Notes under the pieces: generated by a model | The model's input: only the letters and a program-made list of their open reading frames with translations | Databases searched by the model: none | What the model was told of the DNA's origin: nothing | Shown: positions 22,268-35,340 of the stretch, in pieces | Numbering within the stretch: the stretch's first letter is position 1 | How the letters are laid out: each line of letters opens with the position of its first letter | Made by a program: the position numbers and the translations under genes | Source: Octopus sinensis | Lineage: Eukaryota | Direction: 5' to 3' | NCBI RefSeq assembly: GCF_006345805.1 | Contig: NW_021832861.1 | Location: 59,623-123,622, forward strand | Length of the DNA: 64,000 nt

Positions 22268-22709
22268 TAAGAATCACATTGTTTGTATTATTTTTTGATA
22301 TACACAAACACACAGAGACTTTGTGCTTGTATTTGTCTCCTACCACCGCTTGACAACGGATGTTGGTTTGTTTACGTCCAAGTAACTTGGCGTAACTTTT
22401 TCCGATAGAATTAGTACCAGGTTTGAAAGAAAAGAGAAATGTTCTAGGCTCGGTACGTTCGATTAAAATTCTTCAAGGTAGTACCCCAGCATGGCCACAG
22501 TCTAATGACTGAAACGAGTAAGAAACAAAAAAGAAGAAAAAAAAAGACAAGACGAACATGAATTGATTAAATATTACAAATAAAGAAAAAATCACTGCAC
22601 TTGGTGTGTTTTGAAACCAGAACGTCAATTTTAAAATGCTAAGTCCGGAAGAAAAAAAATGCCACGTATTACGTATTTCTATCTTAAATTTATTTCTTTT
22701 ATTGGATAA

Positions 22710-23480
22710 GGCGGCGAGATGGCAGAATCGTTAGCAGGCCGGGCGAAAGGCTTAGCATATCTCGTCTGTCTTTACGTTCTGAGTTCAAATTCCGTCGGGG
22801 TTGACTTTGCCTTTCATTCTTTCGGGGTCAATAAATTAAGTACTAGTTACGTACTAGGGTCAATCTAATCAACTGCCCCCACTCTCCAAAATTTCGGGTC
22901 TTGTGCCTAGAGTAGAAAAGAATATTTAAGGCATCGAGATGGCAGAATCGTTAGCACGTCGGGCTAAATAAATGCTTAGCAGTATTTCGTCTGTCTTTAC
23001 GTTCTAAGTTCAAATTCCGCTGGGGTCAACATTTCCTTTCATCCTTCCGGCGTAGATAAATTAAGTACCACTTGTGTACTGGGGTCGATCTAATCGACTG
23101 AAACCTCCCCCTACCCAAAGGTGGTGAGCTGACAGAAACGACTTTGCTTTTCATTCTTTCGGGGTCGAAAAATTAAAGTACCAGTTGCGTACTGGGGTCG
23201 ATCTTATCGATTGGCCCCACTCGCGCCAAAAGTTGGGACCGTGAGCCAACAGTAGAAAAGAATATTTAAGGCGTCGAGCTGGCAGAAGCGTTAGCACGCC
23301 GGGTGAAATCGTTAGCGCTATTTCGTCTGGTTTTACGTTCTGAGTTCAAATTCCGCCGTGGTCGACTTGCCTTTCATTATTTCGGGATCAATAAATCAAG
23401 TACCAGCTACGTACTGGTGTCAATGTAATCAGCTGCCCCACTCCAAAATACCAGGCCTTGTACTGAGAGAAGAAAAGATT
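22710..23480 (+). mobile_element. Cluster of ~4 tandem family-1 SINE copies
   Basis: Repeated GGCG.CGAG.TGGCAGAA.CGTTAGC...GTTC.GAGTTCAAATTCCG...GGGTCGAT.AATTAAGTACCA blocks. Confidence 0.85.
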
Positions 23481-24243
23481 AATTTTGGGGGGTGCGGCCA
23501 TGCTGGAGTACAGACTTCTAAAGTGTGCAAACGATTATATTGACCTCAGTACCTGTTTTAAATCTGGTATTTATATTGTCGGACCGCTAAGTCATGGCGC
23601 CCGAGAAATGAACGAATTGTGTTTTGTAGGCGGATGCTTATTTAACGTATTTGATTTCATATCAGGATTGGTGAACATGAGCGTTGTTCGTTTAAAGTAG
23701 GGGTTCTCAACCGGGGGCCCCATGTGACCCTTCAGGGTCTGTATAAGATTTTTGTTGTTAAAATTTAAGTGCAAGAGGTGTAGGCATGGCTGTGTAGTAA
23801 GAGGTTTGATTCCCGACCTCATGGTTCCGGGTTCAATCCCACTGCATGGCAAGTTACGTGGACGTAAATAGACCAACGTCGGTTCTCAAGCGGTTGTGGG
23901 GAGCAAACACACACACACACACTTATATTTTCCTTTTTTTTCTTTCTATTCGTTTTAGTCATAGCGGTTTGGCAAAAGAGACCGATAGAGTAAGTACTAG
24001 CCTTACAAAGAATAAGTCCTGAGGTCGATTTGTTCGACTAAAGGCGGCGCTCCTGCATGGCCGCAGTCAAATGACTGAAACAACTAAAAGAAGCTGCTGA
24101 CCTCCCCTCTTTGAAGGTTATAATGGACACAGGTTTGTGTGTCACATAGCTAGAGGCGATAGCCTCTTGGAGCTAATCAACGGCAGCATTCGTCCTATTT
24201 TCCTGGACTGCCGTGTTAGTTTGACGATAACTATTAATATATT

Positions 24244-24282
<39 letters not shown>

Positions 24283-24419
24283 GAAATTAGACCCAGTGAA
24301 AGAGAATTCACTACCTTGTGGTTGAGAGGAGAACTTCATAACTACAACGCTCACAGCTGTGAACATATAAAATTATTTTTTCTTTATTTCCCACAAGGGG
24401 GCATACAGAGGGGATAATA

Positions 24420-24790
24420 CAGGCTGATAGGGGTCAGACACATACGGATGGTTATAAAATTAAATGAGCAAATATGAAAATCGAATGATAAACAAAAGAC
24501 AATAAAAGCAGAAATGAGGTATTAAAACAGGCTCCGACCCCACGAGTCCTGCTTCTCTACCGAACCCTTCTGGTCACCTATATAGCGTACCACGTAGAGT
24601 CTTTCATACCCAGCATTCGTGCTACACATATCCATCTATCTTTGTACATTCTCGCTGACAGGCATCTCCTCTCTAGCCCCACTTTCCTTTTCAGGTGAAA
24701 GGCGAAGACATTCACCAATGTGAGGTCGGAGACGAAGCTACCTGTCATTACTTCTTTCACTCTCGACTTCCAAATCACAGCTGTGAACAT
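24420..24790 (-). mobile_element. 3' end of Tx1/L1-like LINE ORF2
   Basis: IWKSRVKEV..FAFHLKRKVGLERRCLS..RW resembles Tx1 ORF2 C-termini. A related end fragment lies at 24300-24420. Confidence 0.45.
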
Positions 24791-25187
24791 ATAAAATGGG
24801 ATTTTTTATTAACCATAAAGGTCTTACATAGAGGGGGCATTACAATACATTGGGGACACATAAGCGTATGATAAGGATGAAAAAGGGGTGAAAATGAGTC
24901 GTGAAAACGATGTTAACTGCATGAACATATAAAATGTGCTTATTTCCATTTTGTAGTATGATTTATCGATTTTAATAAATACTTTTTCAGTGTGTGTGTG
25001 TGTGTGCAATTGATAAAAGAGACAAGTATGTTGTAATTCTTCCCATGATTCTTTACAAAATTGTTTGGTGGCGGGGAAAGGTAGTCTTATTTAAGAGACA
25101 CGTGTCCGAATAGAGGCTTCTGTTTTCTTCCCTCCACGACAAAGAGCTCCTGTACTGTGTTTTTTCTTTCGGTTCTCGCAGACAAAA

Positions 25188-27152
25188 ATGGCCGCACGCC
25201 ATAGCGATGGTATTTCGTCAGTAACAGCCCATGGGGAGAAGAGTAACGCTAAAGAAGATGAAGTAAACGATGTTCCAACATTGGTACCATTAACAGAGGA
25301 GAAGAAGGAGAATGAAAGAAAGGCAGTCTTCTTTGAAGCCCCACCAAGTTTGTCAAGCCATATTTCTATTTCTTCGGGGGAAGAGTCACCTGTAGAAATT
25401 GTGGATTCCACCGAAGTTACGAAAGAACTTGTGGAAACAAAATATGATGTAAGTAGAAGAAAACCGGCAATTTCCAGCCATTTTTCTACCTCCCCGTCAA
25501 AAGAGACCCCGGAAAAAAATGGGGATCATACTGAAGAAATAGAATTAGTTGTCTCCTCAAAAGTGATGTCTGAGAGAATTTTAGAGCCCAGTAAGGATAC
25601 GGATCTAGTTGTCAGGTCAAAAGCGGTGCCTGAAAGAAGTTTGGAGCCCAGCAAAAATATGGAGCCAGCCATCTCGTCAAAACAGGTCTCTGGTAGAAAT
25701 CGCGATTACACTAAAAATCCGGAACTCGTAGTTCAGAAAAAAGATGTAAGTGAAATAAAAACCACCTCAAAGGCAGTTTTAGCTAACACCCTGTGGAGTT
25801 CAGCTAATTATCCATCAAAATATAAAATCATTTTATGTGATGTAGATTCGCCAGCCAAAGTAACTAGGGCAGAAGCCATCACCAAAGCCCATAAGCTTTA
25901 TTATGAAAGAAACGATATTCTCAAAATGCGTTTACGAAAGGGCCCAGCCTCTCGTACAGAAATTAAGGACACTCTTACTCGCCAAACTGGTATTCGTGAA
26001 TCTTTTAAAGATACATTAAGTGAGGTCGATTTGCAAACGATCGCAGATATAGTTCTAGAAAAAGTTGATGCCGCGACCCAAACAGATGAAGATTTCTGCT
26101 CAGCTAAATTTCGACAACTGGAGGAATTCGGAGAAACAGTCGAGACAGACATGAACACCAACCGTCCAACAGCTGCTGCTGCGGCGGCTGCAACTTCTAT
26201 CATGGTACCTTTACGAACCCGCTCAAGCGCCAAATCTCGAACGATCGTCGATTTCAATAATTTATCTTTCGTTTATGGGAAGAGAGATTGGAGATATTTT
26301 GCAGCTTTAGAACGATCGATCGCCCTATCAAAAACCCCTATTAAGTGGGAAGACGTAAAGATCTCTTGGCAACCGACCCCGTCTTGTTATGCTCCTTCGA
26401 TCGCATCCCTTGAAAAGGATGATTCGATTTCCAAACCCTTCTCTGAATTGTATGATGAAGTGGATCAAGTTATGGACAGTTTACGACTTTGGGAATTGAA
26501 ATATAGCGGTTCTAGTAAAGGACAGCCTGGATTTAATACAGATATCCTCCGCCAAGAACTCGACCTGCCCAGCCCCTTAACGAGGTATATTACTTTAAAG
26601 GATGAAAATCCGACCATTAAGGAAAGTTTAAATGTTCAGACCTTGCAACACAAGATTTCTTCAGAATCGGAATCTAGTGAAAAATCCCTAGAATTATTTC
26701 CGCAGTCCTACAAGGAAGCTTCGGCAGATGATAATACGGAACTTTGTTGGATATATCAACCTGGTTCTTCAAACTCTGAAGAAGCAGCGCAAGCATTCAA
26801 TTTTTCTTTTCCCCAATTTATATTTCCATCCGTTCCTATCGATACGAACGTAGAGCAATGTAACCCTCGTATTGAAGAAATCGATGACGATATATCTTCG
26901 GAATCGGTTGCGTCTTCACATATTTCTGAAGAGGCGAGAATAAGTTCCCATCCCACCTTATCTAGTGGAGATTTTCAAGAGGAGGAGAAGCCGCCGCTGC
27001 TGACCCCTATTCACTGCAGTATTCAAGGTGCTTCTGCTGTAAACACCCATTCAAACAAACCATACTCGAGGGTTGATCCAAACTCTGAGGGAGTCGTCCA
27101 CTCGGGTTCATTTGAACCCAATGAAATCACCAAAGGGTCAGCTGATGATTGA
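25188..27152 (+). CDS. 654-aa Ser/Glu/Lys-rich ORF of unknown function (probable large host exon or intronless gene)
   Basis: 1965-nt uninterrupted ORF in AT-rich DNA, not microsatellite-derived. Good start context (AAAATGG). About four degenerate 20-aa repeats. No recognisable domain. Confidence 0.65.
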   Translation: MAARHSDGISSVTAHGEKSNAKEDEVNDVPTLVPLTEEKKENERKAVFFEAPPSLSSHISISSGEESPVEIVDSTEVTKELVETKYDVSRRKPAISSHFSTSPSKETPEKNGDHTEEIELVVSSKVMSERILEPSKDTDLVVRSKAVPERSLEPSKNMEPAISSKQVSGRNRDYTKNPELVVQKKDVSEIKTTSKAVLANTLWSSANYPSKYKIILCDVDSPAKVTRAEAITKAHKLYYERNDILKMRLRKGPASRTEIKDTLTRQTGIRESFKDTLSEVDLQTIADIVLEKVDAATQTDEDFCSAKFRQLEEFGETVETDMNTNRPTAAAAAAATSIMVPLRTRSSAKSRTIVDFNNLSFVYGKRDWRYFAALERSIALSKTPIKWEDVKISWQPTPSCYAPSIASLEKDDSISKPFSELYDEVDQVMDSLRLWELKYSGSSKGQPGFNTDILRQELDLPSPLTRYITLKDENPTIKESLNVQTLQHKISSESESSEKSLELFPQSYKEASADDNTELCWIYQPGSSNSEEAAQAFNFSFPQFIFPSVPIDTNVEQCNPRIEEIDDDISSESVASSHISEEARISSHPTLSSGDFQEEEKPPLLTPIHCSIQGASAVNTHSNKPYSRVDPNSEGVVHSGSFEPNEITKGSADD

Positions 27153-27989
27153 AATCCCCTGACATGCGCCCTTAAAAAGAGGGGTTTGTATGGGTGTACA
27201 CATATCGAACAATAATAGTCTTTCCATTTAAAGTTTGAACGCTTCAGTCAATTTTTAATATTTTTGTTTTAAACCAGAATAAGGCGGCCTTTCGTATGTC
27301 TTGACGTTCTGAGTTCAAATTCCTTTGAGATTGACTTCGCCTTTCATCCTTTCTGAGTAGATAATATAAGTACCACTTGTGTACTGGGGTCGATGTAATC
27401 GACTTATCCCCCCGCCCCGAAATTGCTGGCCTTGTGCCAGAATTTAAAACCAATATTTTTGAACAAGAATTTTTAGACTTCATACAGTAATGTCTGCCAC
27501 AATCCTATTTCTATCACCTTGTTCGATAAAACGCTAATATTTTTAATTTCTGAAGGAAGTGTACACACACACACACTGAAACTATTTGAATCACTATAAA
27601 TGATTTTACCAAAGTTTGGACAATATATTTATCTTTTTAAAAAATTTTTTTACTCCCTGCTTTTCTTTCCCCACTAACCATTAAAAAGAAATACATCTAA
27701 TCGTGATTCTCCACAGAAATACACGATAATAGCCCCCATTCCTTTATAAATGGTAGCATTTAGTTTTATTTTTAATACCAGAACACTAGCACCGACAATC
27801 AACATATTTTTAATAAAATACTGAATTTATTCCTAAGAATGCATTCTTCTTCAGCTAAAAGGAACTACACTTACGGAAATACTAACATCTCCTCAATTTA
27901 ATTCACGTGGTTCGGAATATAAACCGAACAGATACTTTGCTGTGTTCCTCTCTGCATGCAGACTTTTTATTTGGTTATTGGTAACCTAT

Positions 27990-28600
27990 TTTAAGGCGGA
28001 GACCTGGCAGAAACGTTAGCGAAATGCTTAGCGATATTTCGTCTGTCTTTATGTTCTGAGTTCAAATTCCGTCGAGGTCGACTTTGCATCTCATCCGTTC
28101 GAGGTCGGTAAATTAAGTATCAGTTATGTACTGGGGTTGGTCTAATGGACTGGCTCCCTCCCTCAAAATTTCGGGCCTTGTTTCTAGAATAGAAAAAAGA
28201 TCATATTTTAAGGCAGCGAGCTGGCAGTATCGTTAACACGTTGGACGAAATGCTCAGCGGTATTTCGTCTGCCGCTACGTTCTGAGTTCAAATTCCGCCA
28301 ATGTCGACTTTGCCGTTCATCCTTTCGGGGTCGATTAAATAAGTACCAGTTACACACTGGGGTCGATATAATCGACTTAATCCGTTTGTCTGTCCTTGTT
28401 TGTCCTCTCTGTGTTTAGCCCCATGTGGGTAGTAAAGAAATAGGTATTTCGCCTATTGCCCCGTTCTGAGTTCAAATTTCGCCATGGTCGACTTTGTCTT
28501 TCATCCTTTCGGGGTCGATAAAATAAGTATCAGTTACGCATCGAGGTCGAGGTAATCGGCTCCTCCCCTCCCCTAAAATTGCTATTCTTGTGGAAAAACA
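27990..28600 (+). mobile_element. Cluster of family-1 SINE copies
   Basis: Three to four head+core repeats, one with the TCCGTTTGTCTGTCCTTGTTTGTCC tail. Confidence 0.8.
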
Positions 28601-28629
28601 TGAAGCCAGTATTAGTAATATATTTCAAC

Positions 28630-29410
28630 TCCTTGCTTGTCCTGTGTTTCACATGTGATACACAGGATATATTTCCCTGATGTCCATGAATCGTGTACGA
28701 TGCACATTCTCATTTTTTATTTCTCAACCATCAGAGTAACTTGGGAATTATGAAAGGAAAGCTTTGTATTAGTACAGAGAGCGTATGAAACAAGAGCTCA
28801 CTACAAGGCAGAAGACAAGCATGGACATTTAGGGTAAGCTTCTGAAAATGCTTGGACTACACAAGGAGTTGATAGAGCTGTAAAGCTTCTTAGATGTCAA
28901 TGGAATTATAATAGATTAAACCCTTTGCTTATTCTGTGTATCCCATGTGATGCACAAGACATTTCTCTGATGTCCAATCATCGTATGATACGCATTACCT
29001 TTTTTTCTTTTCAATCATCAGAGTAACTTGGGACTGAGGAAAAGAAGGCTTTATCTTACTCGGAACTTGTGAATCAAGGGTTCATTACACGTCTGAAAAG
29101 AAGCATGGACGCTTAGGGAAGACTTCTGAAAATTCTTGGAACATATAAGGGGTTATTATCGCTATAAAACTTTCTCAATGAAATTATTCTAGATAAAACC
29201 TTTTGCCTGTCCTGGGTATCACGTGGGACACATGAGACGTTTCCCTGGTGACCACGCATCATATGTTACGCACTCCCATTTTTTTTTCTTAACCACCCGT
29301 ATAACTTCGGTGTTAGGGAAGCTTAATTTTGCTCAGAGCGTATAGAACAAGGGCTAACTAAATGTCTGAAATCAAGCGTTGACATTGGGGATAAATTGAT
29401 GAAACTTCTT
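28630..29410. repeat. Diverged tandem repeat, ~285-bp period, ~2.7 copies
   Basis: Units begin near 28630, 28921 and 29200 (CCTTGCTTGTCCTGTGTTTCACATGTG-like) and share ATCAGAGTAACTTGGGA and AAGCATGGAC blocks. Confidence 0.75.
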
Positions 29411-30504
29411 CGGTCAGGCAAAGGGTTAAAAACCAATCATAAACGAACAATCTTTTTCTCTCTCGAAAATATGTCTTCATAATCTTCATCCTTGCTAATA
29501 ATGTTGTATTCTTCGCTTTGTCTGTCTCTGTCTTTCTCGTAAGGTTTCGAATAAACCTTTTCTAGCATGTCGGACAAAATGTTTAGCAATATTTCTTCCG
29601 GCTTTACATTCTGAGTTCAAATTCCACCCAGGGCGACTTCGCTGGTGATTCTTTACTAGACTGACTACGCTTTCCCTTGAGCTACCTTTTAAAACTGTAA
29701 TTGGAAAGCAAGAATACAAAATAAAAATAAACGATTTTCTGAGGGAATTACTTAAGTTCGAACTCTAATCTGATAAGCAACATTTGTTTTCTTTTTCTTT
29801 TTTTACTGCATTCTAATCTTATATTTTTAATCCCCGTGCTTAACTCGGAAAACTAGTAGACTCGTCAGCATGTCGAACAACATGCTTAGCAACATATCTT
29901 CCGGCTTTACATTCTGAGTTAAAATTCCGCTTAGGGCGACTTCGTTCATCATCGTTTCAGTAAATAAAATTTAAGTTACCAGTCAAATACTGGGGGTTGA
30001 TGTATTCAACTTCCCCATCTCTCAAAATCTGCTGAACTTGTGTCAGGATTAAAATTATTCGCTGTGCGTGGTCTTACTTACTGTTCCTCATTTCATCTTC
30101 CGTTGTTCTTTGGAAAATGTTAACTTTTAAAACCAAAATTAAGCTTTTCATGACTGGATTGTGAGATTTAACCAGGATTTAATCCTCAACACGGGTTTCA
30201 TCAAATGTGGTCGATTCTTTGACGGCTTAACTGTTCCGGATATTCTTAGAAATCTTCAGAAGCAAACGTAAACGGGATTACCGTAATTTTAGAAATGTAA
30301 TTGCAAAGTAAATGATTCCATCTGGGGCCATACGTTGACTCTAAAACAATTACGGCCAAGAACACACGGATCACCCCCCCCCACACACACACAGTTAACT
30401 TCACTGAAACATCATTATTTTGGATCAAAAACTGTGTCGCACCGACTGCGACCTGGGCACTGGCACAAACGTATCGAAAATTAATTTGAAATAGGCTGTA
30501 CTAG

Positions 30505-30830
30505 ATGCCTGGCTCAATGGTTAGAACACCGGGCTCACAATCATGAGGTAATGAGTTCAATTCTCGGATTGGTCTGTGTGTTGTGTTCTTGAGCAAGATA
30601 CTTTATTTCACATTGCTCCAGTTCAGAAATGAGTTGCAATGTCATAGATACCAAGCTGTATTGGCCCCTTTACCTTTCCCTTGGATAACATCAGTGGCGT
30701 GGAAAGGAGGGGAGGCTGGTAAGCATGGGCGATTGCTGGTCTTCCATAAACAGTCTTGCCCGGACCTGTGTCTCGGGAGGGGAACTTTCTCGGTGCAATC
30801 TCATGGTCAGTCATGACAGAAGGGAATCTA
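30505..30830 (+). mobile_element. tRNA-derived SINE (family 3)
   Basis: TGGCTCAATGGTTAG..GAGTTCAATTC head and TTCTTGAGCAAG CORE-like block. A reverse copy lies at 51040-51315. Confidence 0.65.
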
Positions 30831-31834
30831 CTTTTTTGCCTGTGTTAGTTTGTTTCCTAATAATTTTTTAAAATATATAATAGTACCATATGTCACATCT
30901 ATAAAATAGTTTACTATCAAAAGACTATGTTGAGTAGTTCTAAGGGTCCCTCTCTAACAATGGTAAATCTTCGGCTAATTTGAGATGTAAAACAAAACGG
31001 GGATACGAGTTGATATTGCGAAGACTGAAACATTGGTTCGACGGCGAGACATTCTTGAGTCTGATGCTTATTCTATCAGTCTCATTTCTGACAAACAGCT
31101 AAAAGGACGTAAACAAACCAACACCAGTTATCAAGTGATGATACGCCTGCACATGGCTTCCGTCTACCGAATTCACTCGTGTGTTATTGTTCGGACGGAG
31201 CTATATTAGTAAAGATTACCAGAGGTACCGCGCACTGGGATTGAATGTGAAACCTCGCCTTTGCTAGGGTGAACTTCTGTAAGCATTCAGCTATTTTTTG
31301 CGCCTCTGTATTGCTTTTCTTTTAAACTATACATCTTCCCCACTCAGTGTTGGCCTCTGGTAGGCAATAAAGAATTTAAACTATACATCCTCCGTTTTCT
31401 TTTTCAACGGCAGTTTTTCAATTGTAAAACTACATATTCCTCAAAGTTCGTACTACAAATACTTCGGCCATTTACCCCTCCAAGAATACACACACACCAA
31501 AATAAATAAACCTGCATACACGACAGGCAGGGTAAAAGAAAGAAAAGAAAAACAGCATCCTTGTCTTAGAAAATGGAATGCGCCACTGATTGGCTCCGTT
31601 GGTAACTTTTAACTAACGACGCTATTATTCACAAATGCATGGTATTGATTAAGTAGAAATTAATATTAACGCTTAGATATTAGGCAGATGGAAAACTAAC
31701 CTTTTAATTTCGAAATATTGAAATTAACTTGTTGGGAAAAGAGAAAGATATGAAATAAAATGTATTTATATACTACTTATTTTTAAATGCTCTGATACCT
31801 AATAATAATAATAATAAAAAAATATATGTATATA

Positions 31835-32230
31835 TACGAGGGGATATTCATTCAAGATTTCCGCTGACCCGCTTCCGGTTATTGCAAGAAACGGAATTTT
31901 TACAGATATAATTATACATGTCCGTACATGTCACATTGTAAATTGCAGCTTTCCCCTCGTATTCTTTTCTCTTTTACAACTGCTTAAGTGGACTAACGTC
32001 TCATAATGGAGGCAGTTGAATGCAGATCAGTGATCAGGGTCTTATACTTGAACGGTCGTACACCAAAAGAGACTTTCGATGAGACGAAAGAAGTTGATGG
32101 TGACGGTTCACCATCGTACGACGTAGTCAAGCTCTGGCATCGCCAGTTCAAATGTGGTCGGACATCGGTGGAAACTGCTTCTATTCCTGGACGGCCACAT
32201 TCTGCTATTGATGACGACACAATCCATAAA
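31835..32230 (+). mobile_element. Mariner 5' fragment (TIR + HTH region)
   Basis: TACGAGGGG TIR start; MEAVECRSVIRVLYLNGRTPKE..YDVVKLWHRQFKCGRTSVE..PGRP. Confidence 0.8.
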
Positions 32231-34364
32231 GCACACCACAATGTATTATGTTGTTCTGCTGCAGATACTGCGGGACGCCATCAAAGCAGAGAGGCGTGGC
32301 ATGCTGACCAAAGGAGTCCATCTCCTCTAAGACAACGCCTCAGTTGACAATGTGCGTGTTGCCCAGATGAAAGCACACTCCTGCGGCGCCTATGAAATCC
32401 TTCATCCTTTCGAAATGTAACCACATGTGAATCGTTGGCGATTTTTTCTCTCCGTCCTCTTTTTGACTTAGACTTGCCTCTGTCCTCTGTTTCTGAAGAA
32501 GAGCTTTGCTCGAAACGTAAAACCACCTTGCTTTCCTTTCCTGAGTATCTGCTAATAATTTGCATGTAACACGTACCCGCGTTGTTTTTTTTCTTGTGTT
32601 TGTTCTTTTTTTATAGTTTATATATATATATGTGTGTGTGTGTGTGTTTGTTCCCCGGCATCGCTTTACAACCAATGTTGGCGTGTTTATGTCTCTGTAA
32701 CTTTGCGGTTCGGGGAAAAGGAACCGATAGAATAAGTACTAGGCTTACAAAGAATAAGTCCTGGGGTCGATTTGTTCCACTAAAGGTGGTACTCCAACAT
32801 GGCCGCAGTCAAATGACTGAAACAAGTTAAAGAATAAAAGAAGGGTAAAATTAATTAATTAATTAGTACTTAATAATTCTACCAAGTAGTGATCAGTATG
32901 TTAAAAGGACCATTTAAGGTAATCTTAAACATTACTTTATATAATTATGAGTATAATTATAATTAGGGTTCAGCAAAAAAGTTTGCTTCGGCACATACCG
33001 AACTTTTAGAAATAGCAGCCATATATATATATTCTTTGGAAGCGGATGTTGATATTTTTAAATTCAAAAATATAACATCTTTTACAAAGCCATATATTCT
33101 AAATTTAGTTTTTGGTATAAATTACGCAGGAACTTGACAAATTTCTTTTAAGTGAACACTTTCGATTGGGTTACATAATTTCCAACGCTTGCAATTTCGT
33201 TATTATTCATATCTCGAAGAAAACAAATGAATCCAATTTTAATCACCAGCATGTAAAACTACATAACAAGAACATTTTTTTGAAATAATGTAGTGAAATT
33301 TTGAAAAACTTTAAGTGGTTGGAAGAACTCTACCAAGATCCCAAGTGATAGGTTCTGTTTTACTGTTTATAATTTGTTAACACGCGAAAAATTGATCACT
33401 TCCAATGAAAGGACCTCCTTAGATTCTTTTGGCTCCAATCACACTCAACTAAATAAGCTATCAAGGATGAAAGAATAATTTTGAGAAGGATGGGGCAAAC
33501 GCAGGTGGATACAACGACAGGTAGTCATCCTTGTTAGATTAGGGGCTTAAAAGAAAGAGATAAATGATGAAATTGCTGAGTATTAGGAATAAAATGGGGA
33601 GAAATGAACTGGGGAGCTGTGATGAGATAAAGGTTTTGGAATGAGGTTGTTTCAGAGAATAGAGGGCGATAGAAAACCTGGTGGTTAAAATGTGTCGATG
33701 TAAATTTAAGGTGTCTGGAAAGCCACCGGAAGTTGAAGCGTTTTAACTGCGTGGGGGTGGGGTTGAAGAAGTTTAGAGTTAAAAAGTGCTGAGGATGTCG
33801 CTGCTTTTCTGGCTGATACTATCTAGGTCAATCTTGACGGTACAGACTTAGTACCTCCACTAACATAACCGCCACCGCCGCCACACAACTGAAAAATATC
33901 CTTAATATCAGCAACACTAACAACAAAGATAATACCATCACTACCACCATCACCACAATAACAAACAGCAATACAACTCACGGCACTACCACTGTCACAA
34001 CCGCCTCTAACAATACCAAGAACAAAAATAATGGTTCCAAATTTTGGCACAAGGTCAACAGTTTTTGAGGGAAGGAGAAGTGTATTGCATTGACCCCAGC
34101 ACTTTACTGGTACTTATTTTATCGACCCCTAAAGCATGAACGGTAAAGCCGACCACGTAGTGAAACGCCGTGAAGCATTTTGTCCGATCGCAACAAGCGG
34201 TTACAGTTAATCTGGACTTATCACAAGGAGAAAGGAAAAGATAATGATCTTGTCAATTTTAGGGAATTTACAGTCAACCCTCGTCGAGCGTTTACTGTAT
34301 GTATGCATGCGTGCATGCATACATGTATGTATGTATGTATGTATGTATGTATGTATGTATGTAT

Positions 34365-34426
<62 letters not shown>

Positions 34427-34549
34427 AGATTTGTATGTTTTGTTTTGTGTATGTCTTCCCATCCATACATATACTCGCATATCTAAACATGCTCATATAT
34501 ACTTGAATGATAAACTTCTGAAATTTTTTACAAACTTATACAGTTCCAG

Positions 34550-34810
34550 TGATGGATTGGATCTGTAGTCTTCGAATCAGCTTTTTCTTTTCTGATTTTG
34601 AGAAGCGTAATTTCTCAAGATTGGTATTTAGGCAATGTGTTACATATCCCAGGGTCCCAATAATTACAGATATAAACCTAAACTTGTAATCTGGATAGAG
34701 TAGATGCAGATTTCTCAATAGTTCGGCGTAGGTATTTTCTTTTTCACTAATCTTCAGCTTAATATTAACATCCGCTGGGCAGCTAATTTCCACGAGTGTG
34801 CACATATTCT
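34550..34810 (-). mobile_element. RLE-type LINE (R4/Dong/HERO-like) endonuclease fragment
   Basis: LVEISCPADVNI..EKENTYAELLRNL..FISVIIGTLG..IQSITGT. Confidence 0.6.
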
Positions 34811-35112
34811 CTTCTCTTTATCCCAAATCATTATGTCAGGTCTATTGTGTTTACATATTATTAAAGTCTTCACATATACATTCCAATAGTACTCCTTTTT
34901 AATGTGAGTGTCTATGGCTTCTACCATATTGTGTGTTCTTATTTCTTTGTCTTCGGGGTTATCATTTCGACAGATCTCGTTATACAGTTTCCAAGCCCCA
35001 ACATCATGTCACATCGATCGATAATACCTTGATGATACTACGTATGTATTATACGTGCGTGTGTCTACTTCGCCGCCAGCTCCGCTCGGCAACCGGTGTT
35101 GTATATATATTT

Positions 35113-35340
35113 CTTTACTACCCACAAGGGGCTAAACATAGAGGGGACAAACAAGGACAGACAAACGGATTAAGTCGATTACATCGACCCCAGTGGGTAA
35201 CTGGTACTTAATTTATCAACCCCGAAAGGATGAAAGGCAAAGTCGACCTCGGCGGAATTTGAACTCACAACGTAACGACAGACGAAATACCGGCAAGCAT
35301 TTCGCCCGGCGCGCTAACGTTTCTGCCAGCTCGCCGCCTT
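35113..35340 (-). mobile_element. Family-1 SINE
   Basis: Near-complete reverse copy of head, core and tail. Confidence 0.85.

Noticed and set aside
22710-22800. tRNA genes
   Set aside because: A/B-box-like heads run into SINE cores and do not form complete cloverleaves.
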